From contig OY969807.1 of the NCBI GenBank assembly GCA_963703285.1, positions 1,440,001-1,504,000 on the forward strand: DNA of 64,000 nt, in the 5' to 3' direction. Under the pieces are notes generated by a model that saw nothing but the letters and a program-made list of their open reading frames with translations, was not told where the DNA came from and did no database searches. Made by a program: the position numbers and the translations under genes. Shown here piece by piece: positions 17,747 through 27,255 of the stretch. Position 1 is the stretch's first letter. Every line of letters begins with the position of its first letter. The stretch is from an uncultured Nitrososphaerota archaeon (lineage in GTDB: Archaea; Thermoproteota; Nitrososphaeria; Nitrososphaerales; Gagatemarchaeaceae).

Positions 17747-17840
17747 GGGCCCGTAGCTCAGTACGGATAGAGCGCTAGCCTTCTAACCCCGCAAGGGCAA
17801 AGTCAGCTAGAAGTCGTGGGTTCAAATCCTGCCGGGCCCG
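17747..17840 (+). tRNA. tRNA-Arg(TCT) with a 19-nt canonical (37/38) intron at 17786-17804
   Basis: Acceptor GGGCCCG/CGGGCCC; CTAGC-CT TCT A[intron]A-GCTAG; GTGGG TTCAAAT CCTGC; CCA not encoded. Confidence 0.92.
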
Positions 17841-17906
17841 CTGACGTCTCCGGGCCCTGGGAACGAACTCCGAAGATCAGGTTCAACGCAACTCATTTAA
17901 CCCTCC

Positions 17907-18545
17907 GTGCAAACAATTGCAAAGCAGTGTAGACCCGTGGTCGCGAGAGGCAGGACGTCAAAGAGGCAGGGTGGAAACGACTTTGTAAACAAGACCTTCA
18001 GGCTGAAGAACGAACAGGTCAGGAAGCTGGAGGCAGACGCCATCCGGGCGGGCATCTCCACGAACGGGCTAATCACGTCGATAATCCAGCGTTTCATCGA
18101 GTGGGACAGGTACGCGAACGAGGTCAACTTCATCAGCCTCCCCCCGAGCATGCTCTCCGGCATCCTTTCGGAGGTGAGCGAGGAGACGATGGCAAAGGCA
18201 GGAACGTACGTCGCCGAGAAGTCGTGCTTCAAGGACATCTGCATCCATTTCTTCCAGGGATACGACCTCGCACTCTTCACGAAGGTCATCCTCCTGTTCG
18301 ACAGATACGCGAACAACTACAAGGTGCAGGGCGAGAGGGACAAAGACGGGAACGGGGGGACTGTCATCTCCTTCTATCACGACCTGGGAAGGAAGTGGTC
18401 CGTCTTCATCGCCAACCTGCTTCACGGGGAGCTGCTGAGGCTTGGCGTCGAGGACCACACCTTCGAGGTGAGCGAGAACGCTGTCGTCTTCTCCTTCCCG
18501 AAGGTTCTCCCCCTTCCCTCGGACCACCTCCTCGAGAAGAGCTAG
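17907..18545 (+). CDS. Hypothetical protein with an N-terminal ribbon-helix-helix-like region
   Basis: KTFRL...KLEADA...GISTNGLITSIIQRFIEWD; C-terminal HDLGRKWS motif. Confidence 0.7.
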   Translation: MQTIAKQCRPVVARGRTSKRQGGNDFVNKTFRLKNEQVRKLEADAIRAGISTNGLITSIIQRFIEWDRYANEVNFISLPPSMLSGILSEVSEETMAKAGTYVAEKSCFKDICIHFFQGYDLALFTKVILLFDRYANNYKVQGERDKDGNGGTVISFYHDLGRKWSVFIANLLHGELLRLGVEDHTFEVSENAVVFSFPKVLPLPSDHLLEKS

Positions 18546-18608
18546 GCCGGCTCGGGAGCGGGTCGCCTCAGAATCCAGTGGACATTTAAGCAGTGGAAAG
18601 CCGGTGAG

Positions 18609-18908
18609 ATGAGCATGCAGGAGGGGGAAGGAGAACTGCTCATCCAGCGGCTCGGCGAGGTCAGCGGCCCGGAGAACGTGATGATTGCTGGCCCTGCCAT
18701 GGAGGACTATGGTCACGATATGGCCGACTTCGAGGCCGCCCCTGCTGTCGTGGTCAGACCGAGGTCCGAGCACGAGGTGGTCGAGATCATCAACCTGGCG
18801 AGGGAGGCCCACATGCCGATCCTGCCGAGGGGGGCAGGCAGCAGCCTGACCGGGGCGGCGGTCCTGAAGGGGGCCATCGTGCTCGACATGCGTGGGATGG
18901 ACCGCGTC
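18609..18908 (+). pseudogene. N-terminal fragment of an FAD-linked oxidase (GlcD-like)
   Basis: PAVVVRP.S..EV..I...PRGAGSSLTGAA...IVLDMRGMDR, after which similarity stops abruptly. Confidence 0.8.
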
Positions 18909-19113
18909 CGCCCCATACCCAGACCCGGAGGAGGGCGGGAGGTGGTCGGTGGTCGATGTCGAGCCGGTCAGGAAGCTCGGGCGGCCCGTCGCGCTCGCAG
19001 AGATGAGGGGGAACGCCCGCTTCGAAGGGTTCGACCTGCTGAGGATCCCGAGGCTGTCGGTGATGCCCGTTCCGGAGGCAGTCTGGGACGAGATAATGAG
19101 GCTGGGAAGCTGA
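18907..19113 (+). pseudogene. C-terminal half of an EVE-domain protein
   Basis: PYPDP...W.VVDVEPVRKL.RPVAL.EM...DLLR.PRLSVMPV...W..I; N-terminal half missing. Confidence 0.8.
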
Positions 19114-19116
19114 GGG

Positions 19117-20289
19117 TCAGAGACCCTTCCGCATCCTGCGTACGGCCTCCTCGAGGGTCGCCTCCTTCTTCGTGAACGTGAAGCGGACCCTGGACCGCCC
19201 GGCGCCCCTCCTGGCGTAGAAGCTCGAGGCGGGGACGGCGGCTACGCCCACCTCGCGCGCGAGGTGTTCCGCGAACGCAAAGTCGTCTAGCCTGCTTATC
19301 CCCGAGAAATCTGCGAAGATGTAGAAGGCGCCTTCGGGCCTGAGGCAGGAAAATCCTAGTTCCTGAAGTGACTTCATCAAGAAGAGCCTCTTCTTGTCGT
19401 ACGTCGCCGCGAGGCCGCGGTAGTAGGAGTCGGGGAGGGCGAGCGCGACCACCGCGGCTCGCTGCAGCGGCGTCGGCGCGCAGACCGTGAGATAGTCGTG
19501 GACCGTCCTGAGAGCCCTGGTGAGGCGCTTCTCGGCAACGGCGTAACCTAGCCGCCAGCCCGTTATGCTGAACGTCTTCGAGAACCCCGAGACGGTGACG
19601 GTCCTCTCGTACATGTCGCCCATCGACGCCAGGCTCACGTGACGGTTGCCGTCGTAGACCAGGTGCTCGTAGATCTCGTCCGTGATCGCCACGACGTCGT
19701 GGTCTTCGCAAAGGTCCGCGACGACCTTGAGCTCCCTGGTCGTGAAGACCCTTCCCGTCGGGTTGTTGGGTGTGTTCAGTAGGATGGCCTTCGGCCCCCT
19801 GCTGAAGGCCACCTTGAGTGCCTCCTCAGGGAGAGCGAAACCCGGCTCGCTGAGCCTAAAGTGGATAGCTCTCGCTCCGGAGATGATTGTGGCCGGGATG
19901 TAGCTCTCGTAGAAGGGTTCGGGCACGACCACGCGGTCCCCCGGACCGGTGAGGGAGATCATCGCCGCTGTGATCGCCTCGGTGGAGCCGCAGGTCACGG
20001 TGACCTCGTCGTCGGGGTCGGGGCTGATTCCGTTGAACCTCTCCATCTTCGCGGCTATCGCCTCCCTTAGCTGCTGGGAGCCCATCGTCAGCTCGTACTG
20101 GTTGCGGTCTTCCCTCACCGCCGCCGACGCCGCGCGCTTGACGGGGGCGGGAGCGGGAAAGTCTGGCGACCCCTGTGCGAGGTTTACTGCGCCGACCTTC
20201 TCGGCGAGCATCGACATGTCACGGATGGCTGACTCGGTGAAGAGCGCCATCCTGCGAGAGGCGAACTCGGGCTTCTGTTTTCCCTTCAA
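19117..20289 (-). CDS. PLP-dependent aminotransferase, class I/II
   Basis: NLAQGSPD, NTPNNPTG, DEIYE and SKTFSITGWRLG; TTG start chosen from the TATA position. Confidence 0.93.
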   Translation of the reverse strand: MKGKQKPEFASRRMALFTESAIRDMSMLAEKVGAVNLAQGSPDFPAPAPVKRAASAAVREDRNQYELTMGSQQLREAIAAKMERFNGISPDPDDEVTVTCGSTEAITAAMISLTGPGDRVVVPEPFYESYIPATIISGARAIHFRLSEPGFALPEEALKVAFSRGPKAILLNTPNNPTGRVFTTRELKVVADLCEDHDVVAITDEIYEHLVYDGNRHVSLASMGDMYERTVTVSGFSKTFSITGWRLGYAVAEKRLTRALRTVHDYLTVCAPTPLQRAAVVALALPDSYYRGLAATYDKKRLFLMKSLQELGFSCLRPEGAFYIFADFSGISRLDDFAFAEHLAREVGVAAVPASSFYARRGAGRSRVRFTFTKKEATLEEAVRRMRKGL

Positions 20290-20364
20290 GAGACCCCGGC
20301 GTAGCCGCGGCCGCTTATTTAACGTGGGAGACGGGCGTGTTCTAATTGATAAGCTCCGGCTTGG

Positions 20365-21498
20365 ATGGAGTGGGTGCGCTTGCAAGCCGGCTTCGCGACT
20401 GTCGAGGGGACGACCGCGTACAGAGATGGCGCCGTCGAGAAGGGAATCGTGCCCGCCCATTTCCGGTCCGTCCTTTCGCTATCCCTCTCGTCGCTCGGGA
20501 TCGGGACCTACCTCGGGGACACAGACTCGCTGACCGACGGGTTAGTCGAGGATGCCATCTACGAATCGGTGGCCTCGGGCGCGGTCAACGTCATCGACAC
20601 CGCGATAAACTACAGGATGCAGAAGGCCGAGCGGTCGGTCGGGAGGGCCCTGGAGCGCCTCAGGACCGAAGGAGCGACGGGCAGGGACCACCTCTTCGTT
20701 GCCACCAAGAACGGCTACCTGGCCTCGGACGGGGACGTCACCAAGGACTTCTGGAGGTACGTCCAGGAGGAGTACATCAGGCCGGGGAAGCTGAAGGTGG
20801 ACGAGATAGCCGGCGAGGTCCACTCGATGTCTCCGAAGTTCCTCCTCGACCAGCTAGGAAGGTCCCTGAAGAACCTCGGGCTGGGATGTGTCGACCTGGT
20901 CTACCTCCACAACGCGGCAGAGTCCTGGCTGCAGGAGATAGGGTACAGGAGGTTCCTTGAGCGCGTCGCCGACGTCTTCTCGCTCTACGAGAGGGAGAGG
21001 CAGGCGGGGAGGCTCAGGTACTATGGCCTCGCGTCGTGGAACTGCTTCAGGGTCCCGCGGGGTGACCCGGAGTACGCGAGCCTCGACGACCTGGTCGAGG
21101 TCGCCAAGAACGCGGGCGGGGACGATCACGGTTTCAGGTTCGTGCAGCTGCCCTTCAACCCCGGGATGAGCGAGGCGCTCTCGGCCAAGAACCAGAGGAT
21201 CGCCGACGAGCCGCTCACGACCTTCGAGGCCGCCCAGAAGCTCGGGCTTGGCGTCTTCACCAGCGCTCCCCTCGCCGAGGGGAGGCTGCTGAGCCACAAG
21301 AGGGTGCCCGAGCTCGAGGGATCGAGGGCCCTCTCGCTCCTCCAGTTCGCGCGGTCGGCGCATCCCGCGGTCGTGGCTCCCCTCGTGGGGCAGAAGGACC
21401 CCGCCCACGTCCGCGAGAACCTCAGAATCGGTAGGGTCCCACCCCTCGACGAGAGAGAGTTCGCCGAGAGGTACGGAGCCCTCCTCGAAAAACACTAA
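20365..21498 (+). CDS. Aldo/keto reductase
   Basis: GIGTYLG, DTAINY, ATKNGY, DLVYLHN and QLPFN motifs. Confidence 0.9.
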   Translation: MEWVRLQAGFATVEGTTAYRDGAVEKGIVPAHFRSVLSLSLSSLGIGTYLGDTDSLTDGLVEDAIYESVASGAVNVIDTAINYRMQKAERSVGRALERLRTEGATGRDHLFVATKNGYLASDGDVTKDFWRYVQEEYIRPGKLKVDEIAGEVHSMSPKFLLDQLGRSLKNLGLGCVDLVYLHNAAESWLQEIGYRRFLERVADVFSLYERERQAGRLRYYGLASWNCFRVPRGDPEYASLDDLVEVAKNAGGDDHGFRFVQLPFNPGMSEALSAKNQRIADEPLTTFEAAQKLGLGVFTSAPLAEGRLLSHKRVPELEGSRALSLLQFARSAHPAVVAPLVGQKDPAHVRENLRIGRVPPLDEREFAERYGALLEKH

Positions 21499-21524
21499 AT
21501 CGGTCCGCATCGTGCTTCGAGGGG

Positions 21525-21734
21525 TTGAAGCCTGTACCAGTCCTCCTGATTGTCCTTGGCGTGGTCCTCGCCCTCGCTGGCGTCGTCTTCTCGCTGCAGG
21601 GAATGGGGACGGTCGGCCCCAGCAGCTCGTTCATGTACCAGAACCCGTCCTGGACGTTTCAGGGCGCCATCGTCGCCGTGATAGGAATCGCGACTCTCGC
21701 CGGGGGGCTCTGGATCTCACGGAGGGGCGGGTAG
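21525..21734 (+). CDS. Small two-TM membrane protein
   Basis: TM-LQGMG..SSFMY.NPSW-TM; host-like codon usage. Confidence 0.7.
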   Translation: MKPVPVLLIVLGVVLALAGVVFSLQGMGTVGPSSSFMYQNPSWTFQGAIVAVIGIATLAGGLWISRRGG

Positions 21735-21795
21735 CGCTTTCCGCCCTGATGAACGGGGTGTTAGAAAGAACCGATGGTGAGGCCCGGGGTGGGTC

Positions 21796-22758
21796 TCACC
21801 TTCGCCTCGCGAGCAGCGGCGCGGGCGTCTCGGCTAGGCGTAGGTCAGCGTCGTAGGTCGAGCCCGTCCTGACGAAGCTCACGGTCACGCGGTCTCCGAT
21901 GCCGAACTTCGAGAGAGCCGTGACGAGCGCCTTCATGTGCTCGACCTTGTTCCCGCCTATGCTCACGATGATGTCCCCCTCGCGGAGCCCGGCCGTGTGC
22001 GCGGGGCCGTCCCTAAGGACCTCTGCGAGCAGGACACCCGACTCGACCGAGAGTCCGTAGCGCCTCGCTATCGAGGGGTTGACGTCCATCCCGGAGATTC
22101 CCAGCCACGGCCTCACAACCCTCCCGTGTTTGGAGATCTGCTCGATGGTCCTCTTGATGGTGTCCGATGGGATTGCGAAGCCGACGCCCTGGGCGAACGG
22201 AATCATCGCGGTGTTGAGCCCGATGACCCTGCCTTCGAGGTCGGCCAGCGGACCCCCGCTGTTGCCCGGGTTGATCGCTGCGTCCGTCTGCACGAGCCCC
22301 TCGAGGACGAAGTCGGTACCAGGGAGCGGTCGGCCGATGGCGCTTATGACGCCCATGGAGACGGTCGGGGCGCCCGGCAGGCCGAGGGCGTTGCCTATCG
22401 CCAAAACGAACTGGCCCACCTTGAGGGAATCGGAGTCGCCGAGGCTGGCGGAGGGGAGGTTCTCGGCGTTGACCTTGATGAGCGCGACGTCGGTCGCCGG
22501 GTCAGACCCGACCACCTCGCCGACCAGCGACCTCCCGTCCTTCAGGTGGACGAGGACCTTGGAGGCGTCGTCGATCACGTGGTGGTTCGTGACTATCGTG
22601 CCCTGGGGGTCGATGATTACCCCGGACCCCTGCCCTTCGATGGGCACGAGCCCGTACCTATAGTCGCGAGTGAGCTTCGTGCTGTCAATCCCCACGACGC
22701 TCTCGCTGAGCTTCTCGATAGCCCCGGTAATCTGCGACTCTAGAGCTGTCAGCGGCAT
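21796..22758 (-). CDS. HtrA/DegP-family serine protease with PDZ domain
   Basis: GSGVII, TNHHVI, DVAL, TDAAINPGNSGGPL; C-terminal PDZ. Confidence 0.93.
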   Translation of the reverse strand: MPLTALESQITGAIEKLSESVVGIDSTKLTRDYRYGLVPIEGQGSGVIIDPQGTIVTNHHVIDDASKVLVHLKDGRSLVGEVVGSDPATDVALIKVNAENLPSASLGDSDSLKVGQFVLAIGNALGLPGAPTVSMGVISAIGRPLPGTDFVLEGLVQTDAAINPGNSGGPLADLEGRVIGLNTAMIPFAQGVGFAIPSDTIKRTIEQISKHGRVVRPWLGISGMDVNPSIARRYGLSVESGVLLAEVLRDGPAHTAGLREGDIIVSIGGNKVEHMKALVTALSKFGIGDRVTVSFVRTGSTYDADLRLAETPAPLLARRR

Positions 22759-22841
22759 CTTCTCACCATGGGGGCCGCACTGGCGGTCCTGGTTCGGGAA
22801 TCGACGGGCCGGGGCCCGGAGGGCCTCTCGGATCGTCCATC

Positions 22842-23762
22842 CTACTCGCTCTCCGGCGCAGCCCCCGGCGTTACCGAGAGCTCCTCGACCTTCCCTGCGC
22901 GCAGGACCTTCGCCTTGAGGGTCTTCCCGATTTTTTCCTCGGTCAGGACCCGCGTCAGGTCGCGGAACCCGCTGACCTGGTTCCCGTCGAGGGCCAGGAG
23001 GACATCGCCGAACGCGATCCCCGCGGCCTTCGCCGCGCTCCCTGGCTCGACCGAGAGCACGATGAGGCCCTGGTCCTGGCCGACCGACTGGCTCTTGGCC
23101 AGGTCGTCGGGCAGCGGGATCGGGTTGGTGATTATCCCCAGATAGGCGCGCCCGACCGTCTTGCCCGAGGCGAGCCTCTCCACCGAAGCCGAGACCTTCT
23201 GGATTGGGACGGCGATTCCCCTGGACGACATGTAGGCGACGTTCATGGCCACCATCCTCCCGGAGGCGTCCACGAGCGGTCCTCCAGAGTAGCCGGGGTT
23301 CAGCCGTGCGTCGGTGACGACCGCGTCCTCGATGCCCACGCCCCACCAGCCACCGATGCTGCGCTTCACGCTGGTGACTATACCGGACGTGGCGCTCGCC
23401 TTCGTCGCGTAGGGGTTCGCGAGGGCGAGGACGAACTGTCCCACCCTCAGGGACTCTGAGTCGCCCCTTGCTATGGGCTTCAGCCCTGGCTCCACCTTCA
23501 GCAGGGCGATGTCAGAGGTCTTGTCCCGTCCCAGGACCTTCGCCGTGAAGGTCTGTCCCGAGTTCGTGCCGACCTCCACCTCCTCGAGGCCGTGGACCAC
23601 GTGGTACGCGGTCACGACGTGCCCCTGGTCGTCCCAGACGACCCCCGTACCGTTCCTCCCGTCGGAGCTGACGCTCACGACGGAAGGGCTTACTCTCTCG
23701 GCGACCTCTTCGATGGCGCTGGAGAACGTCTCTAGTATTCCGACCGTGCTTGTATTGCTCAT
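22842..23762 (-). CDS. Second HtrA-family serine protease with PDZ domain
   Basis: TAYHVV, DIALL, TDARLNPGYSGGPL; C-terminal PDZ. Confidence 0.92.
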   Translation of the reverse strand: MSNTSTVGILETFSSAIEEVAERVSPSVVSVSSDGRNGTGVVWDDQGHVVTAYHVVHGLEEVEVGTNSGQTFTAKVLGRDKTSDIALLKVEPGLKPIARGDSESLRVGQFVLALANPYATKASATSGIVTSVKRSIGGWWGVGIEDAVVTDARLNPGYSGGPLVDASGRMVAMNVAYMSSRGIAVPIQKVSASVERLASGKTVGRAYLGIITNPIPLPDDLAKSQSVGQDQGLIVLSVEPGSAAKAAGIAFGDVLLALDGNQVSGFRDLTRVLTEEKIGKTLKAKVLRAGKVEELSVTPGAAPESE

Positions 23763-23832
23763 TTTTCGAGTCACTGGAGGTACAGAGAATGGGCGTGTAC
23801 TTGTTGACTGGGATTGACGGAACCCGGTCACA

Positions 23833-24444
23833 CTAGTTGGAGAACGTGGATCCGCCCACGGTGTAGTAGGCGAACCTCCTGTTAGGGGTCGCCGGATAGA
23901 CCTTGGAGATGTACCCGACGAGCTGGTGGGAGGCCTTTATCGCGTCCGTGAGATCCTTTCCCTCCTTGATGCGCCCCTCGATCGTCAGCTCTCCGCCGGA
24001 GAAGATGGCGTCCACCTGGATGCTGCCGTCTTCGGTAATCCACTTCATGTTGGTCCCCCTCTCATCCTCGGAGAACCCCAGCCATCTGAGCGGTCCGAAC
24101 CAGCGGCCCCTCAGGTTGGAGACCGCCTCGGTGGGGTTGTCGACGCGGGGTAGCAGCGTCCGCAGCAGAGTCAGCCTCGGCTCCGAGGCAGAGAGCTGCC
24201 GGAGGCTCGTCACCTCGCGCCCCCTCTCGGTCACCTGGTATCCCTGTCCCGTCTTCTCCAGGATCCTCTGCTCCTCCAGGCGGTCGAGTATCCTCGAGAG
24301 GGTCTCGGAGTGGGCACCGAGCCTCCTCTTCAAACCTTCAAAGGTGAAACCCATCAGCCCCTCTTCGCCTATGAAGCGGAGGACCTCCATGTCCCTGGGA
24401 CCGATGTCCAGATCCTGAAGGCTCTCCCGCTGGGCTCCTCGCAT
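23833..24444 (-). CDS. Winged-helix DNA-binding domain protein
   Basis: FTFEGLKRRLGAHSETLSRILDRL...GYQVTERG. Confidence 0.75.
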   Translation of the reverse strand: MRGAQRESLQDLDIGPRDMEVLRFIGEEGLMGFTFEGLKRRLGAHSETLSRILDRLEEQRILEKTGQGYQVTERGREVTSLRQLSASEPRLTLLRTLLPRVDNPTEAVSNLRGRWFGPLRWLGFSEDERGTNMKWITEDGSIQVDAIFSGGELTIEGRIKEGKDLTDAIKASHQLVGYISKVYPATPNRRFAYYTVGGSTFSN

Positions 24445-24522
24445 CTGGGTCACAGTCTTGAGAAGGGCGTAGTCGTATTTATATATGTAGTAGTCATTGG
24501 AATGTAAGTAGGTAATCCTGAC

Positions 24523-24879
24523 TTGAGCAAGTCCGTCCAGATAGACCAGGAGGTCCTCGACTCGTGCAAAGTGATCCACGCGTCGTGGAACGAGCTGACC
24601 AAGGTGTGGACACTGCCCGTGATCCACGCGCTGGGGCTGCAGGAACCGGCCAGGTTCAACGAGCTGAAGCGTAGGATAGAGGGGATAAGCGCCACCAGCC
24701 TCGCGGAGAGGCTGGGCACGCTCGAGAAGCAGGGGGTCGTCGCGCGAAAGGTCTTCCCCGAGAGCCCTCCTCGGGTGGAGTACACGCTGACCGCCAAGGG
24801 GCTCGAGCTGAAGGAGATACTGAGGCAGCTTGGCGACTGGGCCATCAAGTGGTCGAAGGAAAAGGCCGCGACCCAATGA
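24523..24879 (+). CDS. HxlR family transcriptional regulator
   Basis: WTLPVI..RFNELKR.I.GIS...L..RL..LE..G...PPRVEYTLT.KG. Confidence 0.92.
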   Translation: MSKSVQIDQEVLDSCKVIHASWNELTKVWTLPVIHALGLQEPARFNELKRRIEGISATSLAERLGTLEKQGVVARKVFPESPPRVEYTLTAKGLELKEILRQLGDWAIKWSKEKAATQ

Positions 24880-24935
24880 GAGCGGGTCGCCTGGTTCCGA
24901 AACGTTTGTAAGAGAATAGCGCTAACTCGCGCTCC

Positions 24936-25454
24936 ATGGGAAGCGCGGGCAACGGGGCGAAGGCGGGCCTTGTGGCCGGCATCGTCTACGGGGTGATCCT
25001 CGCCATCGTGTCCTACTTCACGCTCGTCGCGGACAAGAGCACGATCATCGCAGACATCACGAAGAGCATGCCCGCGAGCGAGACGACCTTCACCCCGGAC
25101 CAGATCTACAGCATCGCGCTTGTCGCAGCCCCGATCGTCGTGGTGGTCCTGGGAGTCCTTGGCGGACTCGTATTGGGCGCTATCTACGGTAAGGTCTTCG
25201 AGAGGGTTCCCGGAATGACGTCCCTGGTCAAGGGGATCATCTTCGGCGTGGTCCTCTGGCTGCTCATCAGCGTCCTGGGAGACCTCGGCGACTACGGCAC
25301 CTATGGGGCGCTGTACTACCTCTCGGAGGTCGGCACCGGACTGGTCGGAGCGCTGATCTTCGGCGCGGTGCTCGGTTACTTCTACAGCAGGTTCAACAGG
25401 ACCAAAGAAACCTACCAGCTGAAGGAGGACGTCGGCGCTCTGAAGGTCAGCTGA
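24936..25454 (+). CDS. Multi-pass membrane protein, hypothetical
   Basis: Four hydrophobic helices, host-like codons. Confidence 0.75.
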   Translation: MGSAGNGAKAGLVAGIVYGVILAIVSYFTLVADKSTIIADITKSMPASETTFTPDQIYSIALVAAPIVVVVLGVLGGLVLGAIYGKVFERVPGMTSLVKGIIFGVVLWLLISVLGDLGDYGTYGALYYLSEVGTGLVGALIFGAVLGYFYSRFNRTKETYQLKEDVGALKVS

Positions 25455-25476
25455 GATAGCGGCCGGTGTCCCTGCG

Positions 25477-25869
25477 CTAGTCCGGCTCGCGGGGAGATTT
25501 GGCCAGCAGCCGTTCCGCCACCCTCCGGTAGGCCTGGATGAAGTCGAGGGCGAACCTGTCGGCGTACTTCTCGGTGCCCCTGTGCTCGCCGGCGAAGTAG
25601 CGGAGGTGATGGTAGAACTCGTGGAGTATGGTGAAGGGGTCGTAGAGGTATTCGCGCTTCGCCGCCAGGATCTCCTTCCTCTTGGCGGTGTAGACGGCGA
25701 GGACGCCCTTCGACCGCCCGCTGACGACACCCACGCCCAGCTTGGGCCTCTCCACCCTGTAGTGCTCGCAGAGCAGGTCGAGCGCCCGCTCAGGGTTCGT
25801 GTCGAGTATCGTCGCGACGACGAGGGCCTTGAATTCGTCCTCGGAGCGGTTGGGTTCCGGCGTCGTCTC
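25477..25869 (-). CDS. Small metallopeptidase-like protein (HEFYH); start unresolved
   Basis: ILHEFYHH...GTEKYADRFA; the coding-like frame extends to a stop at 25870-25872 without an in-frame ATG. Confidence 0.6.
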   Translation of the reverse strand, partial: ETTPEPNRSEDEFKALVVATILDTNPERALDLLCEHYRVERPKLGVGVVSGRSKGVLAVYTAKRKEILAAKREYLYDPFTILHEFYHHLRYFAGEHRGTEKYADRFALDFIQAYRRVAERLLAKSPREPD

Positions 25870-25879
25870 TCATCAGCCG

Positions 25880-26158
25880 TCAGGCTTCGTCCATCGTGAA
25901 GGTGAAGCGCGCGCCCGCGAACTCCCCCGTGCCCGTCTTCTCCCACGCGACCCTGTAGGTCTTGGTCAGCTGCTTGCCGATGACGCTGACCTGCGTGGGG
26001 AGCTGGGCGAAGAGGCCCTCGACCTTCGCCGGGTCCTTCGTGGAGAGGAGGCTCCTCCGCCTCTTCATCAGGTACTTGACGGCGACGTTCTTGTGCTCGT
26101 GTCCCTCCACCTCGATCTTCTCACTGCCCGTGTCAATCGTGAAGGCCCGCTTGGTCAA
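25880..26158 (-). CDS. Conserved hypothetical protein
   Basis: KRAFTIDTG...HKNVAVKYLMKRRRSLL...GEFAGARFTF; TTG start with an AT-rich box upstream. Confidence 0.7.
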   Translation of the reverse strand: MTKRAFTIDTGSEKIEVEGHEHKNVAVKYLMKRRRSLLSTKDPAKVEGLFAQLPTQVSVIGKQLTKTYRVAWEKTGTGEFAGARFTFTMDEA

Positions 26159-26241
26159 TGGGGCCGACCGACGCGGTCTTCGATTAATGGGTTTTGCTGC
26201 GCTCGAAGCGTTTTTGGATGGACAGGAGAGGGAGGAGGCCA

Positions 26242-27231
26242 TTGAAGGCGAAGCTTCTGCTGGGCTCCGACTTCCCTGAGGAGGCGTTAGGAGATGTCCC
26301 GCGCTACGCTGAGGTCTACCGCCTCGGCGAGCTCGGGGAGAGTGAGCTGGACGCGGTCCTGCCCTCGATGGACTGCCTGCTCGTCGCCTTCTGGCCGGAG
26401 AGGCTGGGTCGGGAGAGGCTGTCAAGGATGGCGAGGCTCTCGATGGTCCAGTCGGTGCTCGCGGGCGTCAACCAGGTGCCGTTCGGGGACCTCCCGCCGA
26501 AGGCCGTCGTCTGCAGCAACGCCGGCGGCTACTCCGTCGAGGTGGGCGAGTTCGCGTGGGGGTTGCTGCTATCGGCCGCGAAGAGGATCGTGAAGCTCGA
26601 CTACGAGGTGAGGAAGCCGGGTTACACCCCTCCCCGGCCGCTGGAGCTGGGAAGGGAGATCGTGGTCCTCAGGGGGAAGGTACTGGGGATACTTGGATAC
26701 GGCGGGATAGGCAGGGTGGTGGCGGAGTTCGGGAAGGCGTTCGGGATGGAAGTCGAGGCCTTCTCCCGGAGGGACGTGAAGGACGAGGGCGTGGCCTCGA
26801 TCCAGGGGAGGGCCGGCCTTGAGGCGGTGCTCCGGACGTCGGACGCGCTGGTGGTGGCGCTGCCGTACTCCAGGTCGACGGAGAAGATGATCGGAAGGGC
26901 GGAGCTCTCCATGATGAAGCGGGACGCCATCCTCGTGAACGTCTCGAGGGCGGAGGTAGTCGACCAGGACGCCATCTACGAGCACCTCACGAGAAACAGG
27001 TCCTTCGTCTACGCCACGGACGTCTGGTGGACGGAGGGCGGCCGGGAGTCGTACTCTCCGCGCCTGCCCCTCCTGAAGCTCGAGAACTTCATCGGGACGC
27101 CCCACGCGTCGGGTCCGAGCGCCTCGGTTGGGGGAGCGCCTCTGAGGAGGGCGGTGGCGAACCTGCTACGATTCCTCAAGGGAGAGGAGCCCCTGAACGT
27201 GGTGGATAGGAGAGAGTACGAGCCGCCCTAG
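26242..27231 (+). CDS. D-isomer-specific 2-hydroxyacid dehydrogenase
   Basis: GILGYGGIG, VNVSR, DVWW.E and TPH motifs. Confidence 0.92.
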   Translation: MKAKLLLGSDFPEEALGDVPRYAEVYRLGELGESELDAVLPSMDCLLVAFWPERLGRERLSRMARLSMVQSVLAGVNQVPFGDLPPKAVVCSNAGGYSVEVGEFAWGLLLSAAKRIVKLDYEVRKPGYTPPRPLELGREIVVLRGKVLGILGYGGIGRVVAEFGKAFGMEVEAFSRRDVKDEGVASIQGRAGLEAVLRTSDALVVALPYSRSTEKMIGRAELSMMKRDAILVNVSRAEVVDQDAIYEHLTRNRSFVYATDVWWTEGGRESYSPRLPLLKLENFIGTPHASGPSASVGGAPLRRAVANLLRFLKGEEPLNVVDRREYEPP

Positions 27232-27255
27232 GTGGATGCCTTCCCGCGCCGCAGG

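Noticed and set aside
17850-17857. ccgggccc repeated just after tRNA-Arg as an att scar
   Set aside because: Only 8 bp of pure GC; expected by chance.
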